From Octopus sinensis (lineage: Eukaryota): DNA of 64,000 nucleotides. Positions 1 to 10,745 of this stretch are shown here, piece after piece (position 1 is the stretch's first letter; each line of letters starts with the position of its first letter). The stretch spans positions 33,108,001 through 33,172,000 of the forward strand of contig NC_043006.1 of the NCBI RefSeq assembly GCF_006345805.1, in the 5' to 3' direction. The notes beneath the pieces are model-generated. The model searched no databases and was not told the origin of the DNA. It was given only the letters and a program-made list of their open reading frames with translations. The position numbers and the translations under genes are program-made.

Positions 1-77
1 ATATAAATATAAATATGTATATATATATATATAAATATAAATATAAATATATATATACATAATATATATATATATAC

Positions 78-137
<60 letters not shown>

Positions 138-140
<3 letters not shown>

Positions 141-230
141 TTAATACATAAAGAAAGCTGGTGCATCTAAGTTAAGTACCATATTCATTTGAATTCATTT
201 GAATTCATTTGAATCTTAATTGTTTTGCTG

Positions 231-299
<69 letters not shown>

Positions 300-328
300 A
301 TGATAGATAGATAGATAGATAGATAGAT

Positions 329-372
<44 letters not shown>

Positions 373-384
373 AGATAGATAGAT

Positions 385-425
<41 letters not shown>

Positions 426-532
426 CTATCTATTTATATACATATATATATAGATATAAAATATGCTAGACCACTGGTTTTAATTGATTATTTAATTTTT
501 ATACATAAAATATATATATATATATATATATC

Positions 533-568
<36 letters not shown>

Positions 569-653
569 AAATATAAATATGTATATATCTATATATAAAT
601 ATAAATATAAATATATATATATACATAATATATATATATATATACATAATATG

Positions 654-696
<43 letters not shown>

Positions 697-860
697 TTAA
701 TACCATAAAGAAAGCTGGTGCATCTAAGTTAAGTACCATATTCATTGAATTCATTTGAATTCATTTGAATCTTAATTGTTTTGCTGAAATTATATATAGA
801 TATTATATATATATATATATATATATAATAGATAGATAGATAGATAGATAGATAGATCGA

Positions 861-937
<77 letters not shown>

Positions 938-1012
938 CTATTATATATACATATATATATAGATATAAATATGCTATGCCACTGTTTTAATTGATTATTT
1001 AATTTTATATAC

Positions 1013-1057
<45 letters not shown>

Positions 1058-1202
1058 CTGTATATATATATATATAATATATATATATAATATAGATATA
1101 TATATATGTATATATATATATTATAAATATGTATATATATATATAAATATAAATATAAATATATAATATCATATATATATATATATATAATATATAGATA
1201 TA

Positions 1203-1243
<41 letters not shown>

Positions 1244-1462
1244 ATATATCTTTATGGTTAATACCATAAAGAAATCTGGTGCATCTAAGTTAAGTACCAT
1301 ATTCATTGAATTCATTTGAATTCATTTGAATATAATTGTTTTGCTGAAATTATATTATATTAATATAGATAGATAGAGAGATCTATATATATATACATAT
1401 ATATAGATATAAATATGCTAGGTCACTGGTTTTAATTGATTATTTAATTTTAATATACATAT

Positions 1463-1496
<34 letters not shown>

Positions 1497-1640
1497 ATAT
1501 ATATATATATATAATATATATATATATATTATATATGTATATAATATATAAATATAAATATGTATATATATATATATACATATAAATATAAATATAATAT
1601 ATATATATATACTATATATATATATATTATATATATATAG

Positions 1641-1672
<32 letters not shown>

Positions 1673-1786
1673 CTTATATATATATATTTACGGTTATACC
1701 ATAAAGAAATCTGGTGCATCTAAGTTAAGTACGATATTTATTTGAATTCATTTGAATTCATTTGAATCTTAATTGTTTTGCTGAAT

Positions 1787-1795
<9 letters not shown>
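138..1795. repeat. Four tandem copies of a ~440-560 bp unit: ~100 bp conserved core plus (TA)n/(AGAT)n
   Basis: The core GGTTAATACCATAAAGAA...GGTGCATCTAAGTTAAGTAC...TTTTGCTGAA recurs at about 138, 694, 1255 and 1692, separated by microsatellites. Confidence 0.9.
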
Positions 1796-1833
<38 letters not shown>

Positions 1834-1896
1834 ATATATATATACAGGAGCAAAAATGCTGGAGAATCAGTATACACCACGTGGCAAAATTATGAA

Positions 1897-2118
1897 GTGA
1901 AACTATGTGGGAAACATAAAAAAGGGAAGAGAAATGCCTTCATTCCTCCACATAGTTTTAATAATTTAAATAGCGAAAACCGGTTGGATATTACTACATA
2001 TGAAAAGGATCGTTTCATCCATAAAATATGTAGATATATTTTTAATAAAACGTTATTAAAACTATGTGAAATGAAGGCATTTCTCTTCACCTTTTTTATG
2101 TTATCCACATATTTTCAC
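1897..2118. mobile_element. MITE-like element with ~58-bp terminal inverted repeats
   Basis: 1904-1964 (TATGTGGGAAACATAAAAAGGGAAGAGAAATGCCTTCATT...CATAGTTTTAATAA) is the near reverse complement of 2053-2111. A related copy lies at about 52020-52150. Confidence 0.7.
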
Positions 2119-2119
2119 C

Positions 2120-2152
<33 letters not shown>

Positions 2153-2894
2153 TGTATGTATGTATGTATGTATGTATGTATGTATGTATATATGTATGTA
2201 TGTATGTACGTACGTATGTCTTAAGGCTGTATCATGCGCGGGGACATACAAATAATCGGACTGAATACCCGATCGCGCGGTTAAACCATTGGGAGTGAAG
2301 GACTCCTAGCCTTTCTTAGGGCATCCTTCTAGGAGAAGGCAACTGGGATAATTCCGATATAAAACCTGCGGCTCTGTGGTTACCGATGATGTTGACTTGT
2401 TCTTCTTTTTGGATTATGGCTGCTGTTGCTTAGTGAATGCGATTGACTCAGTGCACAGCCTTTCCTCGCTTTAAAAAAAATCTTCATGCACAGCCATTGC
2501 ACGATAACAACATTGATGAAGCTTCGTGCAATGGCCATACTCGATAATGAGGGGACAGTCACCATGTATGTATGTATGTATGTATAATTTTCTTCCGAAA
2601 AACATAGCGTTGAAGTTTTCAAGTCGAACCCGAGGCGCTAGACAAGTATAATAAATACAATAGAAAATGTTCAAATCAGGCAGACTACGATTAACACATA
2701 CATATAAGTGCAAGTGGCTGAGTACTCCACAGACACGTCTACCCTTAACGTAGTTCTCGTGGAGATTCAGCGTGACACAGAGTGTGACAAGGCTGGCTTG
2801 AAATACATGTACAAGAGAAACAGGAAGAAAGAGTGGGAGAAAGTTGTGGGGGAAAAAGTACAGCGTGGTTCTTTAGGTGTTTTTGCTCAATAAA

Positions 2895-2962
2895 CACACA
2901 CAACGCCCGGTCTGGGAATCGAAACTGCGATCTTACGACCGCGAATCCACTGCCTTTTGCGC
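2895..2962 (-). mobile_element. tRNA-derived SINE head fragment (family C)
   Basis: CACAACGCCCGGTCTGGGAATCGAAACTGCGATCTTACGACCGCGA resembles the head of the family C copy at 48500-48570. Confidence 0.55.
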
Positions 2963-3602
2963 TTCCACATAAGCATATTAATAATGGAATATAGATAAAA
3001 AATAATAATGGAATACAGGAAAAGACATTTTAAAAATTCAAAATATAATATAGAGAAAGTAATATGCATTAAAAAGAGTTTGGGGTAACATGTTAGAGGA
3101 AAATGAGGTGTTCCAACGATCGTTTCAGGAGTACATTCGTTCAAATTACATATGAATTTTAAGTTTCATTTCCACAGAATAACCTCATCATTAGAGAAAT
3201 ATGGCGTTTACGCTAGATATGCGTCCAGTTCTTTCATATGTATATTATATATATATATAGACGCACATAGAGATATAAGCATGCGCAAATGAAGACATAC
3301 AATAGAAATACAAAATGGCTGACGGTTAGTAAGGAGAGACACAAATAAGTGAGAAGAAAACAAAGGACCACTGATGCGGTCACAGGAGTGTGACGAAAGA
3401 ACTTTGGCCGAAATAAGATTAAGATTAATGTAAAAAATAAATATCACTGAAGCAAAATAACACCAAATATATAGAGCGTATGTTTTTATTGGCTAAACTG
3501 GCAATATGACCATCCGAAATATAACATATCTGTTTCAACACACGACTTACATAAAAAATCTTGCACAACAATATTTAAACGTACCGAAATATATATATAT
3601 AT

Positions 3603-3654
<52 letters not shown>

Positions 3655-3692
3655 GATAGATATAAAGATAGATAGATAGATAGATAGATAGT

Positions 3693-3767
<75 letters not shown>

Positions 3768-3987
3768 GGATAGACAGACAGATAGATATTTCATTTCATA
3801 TATATATATATATATGATATATATATATATATATATATTATATAGACATATACATATACACACATGCATATATATACTTATATATATATATGTATGCATG
3901 TGTGCATATACTTATATATATATGTATGCATGTATGTAAGTATGTGTCTATATACATATATAGACAGACAGACAGCAGATAGGTAGG

Positions 3988-4090
<103 letters not shown>

Positions 4091-5059
4091 GTAGTTAGGA
4101 TATAATCTCGAATAGGATACAATCTCAATACATATAACACTTGTAAAAGAAAACGAAAAGAAGAAAGAATAGGAACACTGAAGAAGTATAGCATTCGGCG
4201 ACCTACGAACACACTGGATAGAAATGGCTTTGTATAGAAAGCGGGGCATATTTTATAAAGGGGTCTGAAAGTAAGGAAGAAAGTGTAACGATTGTGATTC
4301 TGTAAATAACTGGATGCAAAGCGGGGAAACGTTGTGGTGGGACAGAGGTAAAGGACTTTGAGTTTGAAGAGTGTTGTATTATGGGAGATGGGTGAAATAA
4401 AAACGTGAGCGCCATAGTAATATCATAAAAGATAAGAAACGAAAAAGGAATAGATGGAGAGGGTTATAACTATTGACAGAATGAGGAAACCTGTTAATCG
4501 TTCCTTAAATAATATAAAATAAAATATAATTGAATGCATCGCAAAAGTGTGCAACGTTCTGCAGGCAGATTCGATTCCGTTTTCCAATTAAGTGGAGAGA
4601 AAAAATCATTTACTGACACTTTTCTACGAAATCTCTTGGAGCATCACTTACCTATGAATGGATATATGAAAAGCAGGAGGGAAAAGGGACAAGTGAATAT
4701 ATTCGGGTTTATGTACTGCAGGAGGGAAATTTTGTAATGTAAAAAGAAAAATGAAGATAATTAATAACTTAGTAAATTGTATAAAATAAAATGAAGTCAA
4801 ATGGTGCACAAGATGAGATGGTTTTCTAATAATTTTTGGCTTTTTGAAAAATACCTTTCTAACTGCGAAAAAAACCTTTGACACAAAGATGCGAGAGAAG
4901 AGAAACACTTCCAAATATACAAATGGTAAGATATTTATAGAAATAGAAGGAACTTCCGAAAAAATATCAAAAGTTTCAAAGAAATTTTGTCTAACTATAT
5001 AAATAACATATTGTGCAAAGCATGTAGTGTATGAGTTTACAGATAGATGTTTCAATAAT

Positions 5060-5220
5060 CGTCATCATCACCATCATCATCATCATCGTCATCAGCAGCA
5101 TGGACAACAGACGATAAAAGGTGATGATGATGATGACGACGACGACGACGACGACGATGATGATGATGATGACGACGACGATGATGATGATGATGATGAT
5201 GATATGATGATGATGACGAC

Positions 5221-5261
<41 letters not shown>

Positions 5262-5270
5262 CGACGATGA
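5060..5270. repeat. Compound (CAT)n/(GAT)n/(GAC)n trinucleotide microsatellite
   Basis: Seen directly; it is the source of the poly-H/poly-D/poly-M/poly-S ORFs. Confidence 0.95.
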
Positions 5271-5784
5271 TGGAATCATATATTTGTGAACATATACGCA
5301 ACATGCTCCTTGCAATATATGAATATTTATTTATGCCTGATCCTCGTTCTGTTATAAGTGTAATCTTATATTCCACTTTCGAAAATGCTCTCATTAAAAT
5401 TAAGATGTCACAGAATTCCATGATCTTTGAACACTACTAGAAAATGAGAGCACTTAACCAATTTATATTTCATCGTGTAGAATATTAGTTTACATCGATT
5501 AAAACATTTTCCTAACATCGAAGCCTATTGTATTCTGATCGCTGTTATATCATTATTACATCTGTACATATATTATTAAGAATTGTTCTGATCGGCGTTG
5601 ACATTCCTTTGTGGTTAAGAAGCTTGCTTTGAAACAAAGTAGTTTGGAAGTTGGATCGCTAGCGCAGAATACTGAGTAAATGGCTTTTAACTCAATTTTG
5701 CGAAAGACATTTCTTAGACAGAAAAACATGCTGGAGCTTGTGGGAATGGATTGTGGCGCTTCAAAATCCGTTGCTAGTTTTAAT

Positions 5785-6022
5785 ACTACCTATTTCTTTA
5801 TTACCCACATGGGGCTAAACACAGAGGGGACAAACAAGGACAAACAAACGGATTAAGTCGATTAAATCGACCCCAGTGCGTAACTGGTACTTATTTAATC
5901 GACCCCGAAAGGATGAAAGGCAAAGTCGACCTCGGTGGAATTTGAACTCAGAACGTAACGACAGACGAAATACGGCTACGCATTTTCGCCCGGCGCGCTA
6001 ACGTTTCTGGCAGCTCGCCGCC
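5785..6022 (-). mobile_element. tRNA-derived SINE, family A (head GGCGGCGAGCTG(G/C)CAG)
   Basis: The reverse complement matches the ~230-bp consensus of the copies at 10083, 21389, 23148 and 29943, including the B-box-like GAGTTCAAATTCC. Confidence 0.9.
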
Positions 6023-6369
6023 TTTAATATTACCGTCCGGTCTTTGGATATCTTTTAAGCCTGTTCCGGTTTGTTGAAAGTATTCTGAAAGTCTACGAAT
6101 GACTTCCTCCGGCTGGTCTTAGAAGCCAATGCAGTCATAACGGGGAAATGCAAAAAAAAAAAAAAAAGAATTACAAAAAACAACAATAAACACTGACATA
6201 CACGAAGTACACAAGGACGTATTCGGTTCTATACTGAAAAGCGTTATAACTTATAACAAACAACAACAATTTTAACAATTTTAACAATAATAATATTTGT
6301 CTTGTTAGATAAGGCTACAACAAATATTCTGCTCAATATTTGTTTGTCCGTTGCTACAACTTAGCTAGT

Positions 6370-6708
6370 AGTTGACGATATGTACATCTCTGACGAAGAG
6401 CAGGAGTAGTGGGGGAGAATCATAGCCATGTGTTGAAAGGAATACTTTGGGGTTTGAATAATTCACTTTGGAAACAAGGGTGCTTCGTTCATCATCATTT
6501 AATAAACCTTATTCAGAGACCATTTGAGCAGGAATGGCTAACTGAGCCCCATTTGCAAGATCATGCGCTGTTTATCTTGATATGAGACACCATGTCGTGC
6601 ACATATGGTTGTGATGCATGTGCCTCACGAGTTGTCATAACGTGTATATTGGGCTTCGTAAATTTGTGACCTCGTTTCACTTTGATCGTATGCATTACTC
6701 CCTCATTC

Positions 6709-6712
<4 letters not shown>
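6370..6712 (+). mobile_element. Probable 3' UTR of a non-LTR retrotransposon ending in (TAG)n
   Basis: GC-richer non-coding island ending in a perfect (TAG)n tract (6711-6766), directly followed by the Dong/R4 fragment. The identity is inferred from position and tail only. Confidence 0.35.
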
Positions 6713-6766
<54 letters not shown>

Positions 6767-7353
6767 ATGGCTAAGAAGGACTATATTCACAGACATTACA
6801 GAGTTGGGACTAATATACACTGGAATCTATGCCAACACTATGGAATAACAGAAAAAAGATAGTAAAGACACACGCCAGAAAGGGTCACAGAAAATGAGAA
6901 AGCAACTATACTCTGGGATATATGCCAATACACACAAATAAAGAAATTAAGGCCCATAGCTGGATATAGTTGTCCGAGATCAAGAAAAAATGCTTTCTAA
7001 TCGATGAATCAATACTAAAAGATGACAACATTTCTGTAAAAGAAACGGAGAAACTTTCAAAAATCAAAGATCTGGAAATAGAGGTAAATCGAATGTGGAG
7101 CCTAAAAGCAGAAACTGTTTGATAAAAAGAAAAAAACATTCAGACAAATACATAACAAAAACACCAGGACTAACAAATATATATAACATACAGAAAATAG
7201 CACTACTAGGCACTGCACACATCGTACGTAAAACAATTCCAATACAGTAAAAATAAGAGCATTACAACAAACTACAGCACATACCCAAGGCACAAAGTGT
7301 TGCACTCGGTAGTGCAGTGAACGCACGTGATAAAAATAAGACTACTGAATAAT

Positions 7354-7395
<42 letters not shown>
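6767..7395 (+). mobile_element. 5'-truncated Dong/R4-clade non-LTR retrotransposon: restriction-like endonuclease remnant, 3' UTR and (AAT)n tail
   Basis: Manual translation gives MAKKDYIHRHYRVGTNIHWNLCQHYG..ATILWD..DIVVRDQ..CFLIDESILKDDNISVKETEKLSKIKDLEIEVNRMWSL..NIQKIALLGTAHIVRKT. This has the RH..V...IHW, ILWD, (P)DIVV and KE.EKL.K motifs of RLE-type LINEs. Stops and frameshifts are present; the (AAT)n tail is at 7348-7395. Confidence 0.75.
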
Positions 7396-7397
<2 letters not shown>

Positions 7398-7584
7398 AGC
7401 AAGGTTTTTTTGGTCCTTCAAGAACTACTGAAAGCTTGTGGATATCTTAGTTTACAGGTAGTAATTCGCTACCCACATAAGTGTAGTGAAAGTGATGCCG
7501 AAACATCATCCGACAAAGACTTGCAAACGGAAACTTCGAAATCACTGCAACCAATAATCTTTTGTATATACATACACACACACA

Positions 7585-7684
<100 letters not shown>

Positions 7685-7786
7685 TATATATATTATATAT
7701 ATATAAATATTGATTTTTCATATTTTACCCTTACATTTCCACGTGTATTTTATATTTTCTTTTTGTAACATATTTCTACTATATAA

Positions 7787-7827
<41 letters not shown>

Positions 7828-8059
7828 AAGTTCACAGTATTATACATCCTAAATTTCATATCAGAAATAGCATATATGACTCTAGCTGACTTTGAACCCA
7901 CACTCTCACAGGACAAAATAAGGTAACTTAAAAATATCTCAGTGGCCAATTGCATCGAATAATATAGATAGTTTACAGATGTAGTGTCTCTAAAGACTGT
8001 TTTCAATTTTGACTCGAATTTGTAGCATGGTGCATGTAGCCCGTAGCAAGATATATATA

Positions 8060-8260
8060 TATATAAAGGTAATCCAAACATGAAAACACAAAGAGAAAAC
8101 ATAACAACGCGAGGACGTGGAACAAATATAGTATTATTGGACGCTCAGGAAGGAAGGGAAGAAGGAGGGTTTTACGTTTTGAGCGGAGCTCTTCGTCAGA
8201 AACATAGGAAAAGGAAAGATCCAGAGAAGTGAAGACGGAGGAAAAAAATTGCCAACAGTA
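8060..8260 (-). mobile_element. Short interspersed repeat carrying a hammerhead-like motif (Penelope-like derivative)
   Basis: Shares GTATTA..(A/G)ACGCTC(A/G)GGAA...TTTTACGTTT(C/T)GAGC..(A/G)GCTCTTC..CAGAAA with copies at 28087, 44103 and 46998. Confidence 0.5.
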
Positions 8261-9204
8261 CACAACTAGCATATATGAGAAGTGGAATCTGTGAGGATAT
8301 AGAAAGAGTTACAAAGGATGTACAGAATAGATGTTGGCGATGACAAGCTGATTGTTAAATATGAAAAATGACAGAGGTTTGAATATATGATATATAGATA
8401 CAGAGATTACATTATACTACCTATCAAATATGTAGCAATTCGTAAATTTTGATATTATATTTAGATAATTTGCAGAATTACTAATGCTTTTCTCTATGAG
8501 ATTCTTCTCAGCTCTACATAAACCGTTTATATTTTATTCATTCCTCTATGATGTGCAACAAATATCGTTTTTCTAATTCGTATTAAGATCACTTCAGTTC
8601 CATGTTTAACTCGACAATATTGTTTTATTCTTCTTTTCGATATGTCTGGCGAATACGGAATAAATATATTATCGTTGACTGATGAATACTTTTCAACTAA
8701 ATTGAGAACTTTTCATCTGAAATAGACCTAATGGTTAAAGAAAAGAATCGGAGCAGATGATATTTTAGCCGATCTCACATGAAAAATATTTTGAAAAGTC
8801 GAAAATAATGCATTTCTATTGTCGCATAATTCTAAAGAACTTTATTAATTGGCAAACAGCATCTTCAACTAGTGTCTTAATAAAAATATTACACAAGATT
8901 ATAATTTTGCAATAACATTAATACTGAGACATGTGTATAGCTCATAATTTCAATTGAATCATGAAGGAAAATATCTCACTAAAAGCCGAGCGTTTATGAA
9001 GCACAAAGAAAAAACTAACCGTACATTAATTATCCACCACCACCGAAAAAAACGAAGATCGATTAACAAAGAAATCTCAAGAAAAATTTAGTTATTTGAG
9101 GAAGAAAAACCAGTTTCCACAATGTTTTGCAAATTTTGGCGCAAGTCAGCAAGTTCGATAGAGCGGATAAGTTGATTACTTCGTCCCCAGTGATAAGTTG
9201 ATTA

Positions 9205-9718
9205 CTTCGTCCCCGACTGATACTTATTTTATCGATTACGAGAATACGAATAGCAATGTCGACCGCGGCGGAATTTGAACTCAGAACGTAAAAACGAATG
9301 AAAGGCAGCAAAAATGCTTCGGCGGGGCTCTAACTACTCTGCCAGCTTGCCAGTAGAAAGTCAACTATTTCGTGAGAGGGAATAAGTCGATGTAATCGGT
9401 ACTTATTTTATGGACCCCGTGAGAATAAAAACACAAAGCGAACTTCAGCGGAATTTGACCTCAGAACAGAAAGACGAACGAAATACCTATTTCTTTACTA
9501 CTCACAAGGGGCTAAACACGGAGAGGACAAACAATGACAGACAAACAGATTAAGTCGATTATATCGACCCCAGTGTGTAACTGGTACTTATTTCATCGAC
9601 ACCGAAAGAATGAAAGGCAAAGTCGACCTCAGCAGAATTTGAACTCAGAACGTAGCGTCAGACGAAATACCGCTAAGCATTTCGCCCGGGGCGGTAACGA
9701 CGCTGTCAATTCGCCGCC
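9205..9718 (-). mobile_element. Family A SINE cluster (one full copy 9481-9718 plus partial copies)
   Basis: The core GTCGACC(T/G)CGGCGGAATTTGAACTCAGAAC appears three times in degenerate form; the head is at 9718. Confidence 0.85.
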
Positions 9719-9773
9719 TCTTTTGTAATAATATTAATAATAAAACAGGTTAATGAATTCGTTATTTTTGAGT

Positions 9774-9838
<65 letters not shown>

Positions 9839-10082
9839 AGTCTAAATCAGTATCTATTACACTTCGCTAAGAATACAGGTGCTAATGACAGATGTTTTCG
9901 CGCCTCGGCCCCACACATTCATCCACCTCCGAAACGACCTCCCTCGGTTAGCTGGAGGTATTTATACAAGTAATATAAAAACTATTTGCTGATGTGCAAA
10001 TGAGTCCAAAAGGGGGGGGGGGTTAGAATTTTTTCTTTTACTCGATGTAATGTGTTTATAACAATATAAACCGCGATGTAAG

Positions 10083-10745
10083 ATGGCGAGCTTGTAGAAT
10101 CGTTAGCACGCCGGGCGAAATGCTTAGCGGTATTTCGTCTGCCGCTACATTCTGAGTTCAAATTCCGCCGAGGTCGACTTTGCCTTTCATCCTTTCGGGG
10201 TCGATTAAATAAGTACCAGTTACGCACTGGGGTGGATAATATCAACTTAATCCGTTTGTCTGTCCTTGTTTATCCCTTCTGTGTTTAGCCCCTTGTGGAT
10301 AGTAAAGAAATAGGTATTTCGTCTGGTGCTACGTTCTGAGTTCAAATTCCACCGAGGTCAACTTTGCCATTCATCCTTTCGGGGTCGATAAAGTAAGTGC
10401 CAATTGCGTACTGGAGTCGATCTAACGACTGGCCCCCTCCCCCAAAATTTCAGGCCTTGTGCCTAGAGTAGAAAAGAATATTGACCGCGGTGTTAATTTC
10501 TTTGTTATTACAGTATTGTATGAAGCGGAGAGCCGGCAGAATTATTGCCGCGTCGAACAAAATGCTCAGTAGCATTTGTTCCGGCTCTTTACCTGCTGAG
10601 TTCATTTTCCACCGGGGTTGACTATGCCCTCCATCCTTCTGGGATCGATAAAATAAGTACCAGTCAAGCATTGGATTCGATGTGATCGACTAATACTCTT
10701 TCCCCAAAATGGACGTCTTTGTTCCTAAATGTGAAACATTAAGGT
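10083..10745 (+). mobile_element. Family A SINE dimer (10083-10482) plus a degenerate copy (10525-10745)
   Basis: Head ATGGCGAGCTTGTAGAATCGTTAGCACGCCGGGCGAAATGC; GGTATTTCGTCTG..CTGAGTTCAAATTCC is internally duplicated. Confidence 0.9.

Noticed and set aside
5027-5440. 137-aa poly-H/poly-D/poly-M ORF
   Set aside because: Explained by a trinucleotide microsatellite that is open in several frames on both strands; no splice or domain evidence.
6390-6401. CTGACGAAGAGC matching the 5' half of the 8.2-kb hammerhead motif
   Set aside because: No GCTC/GAAA partner follows.
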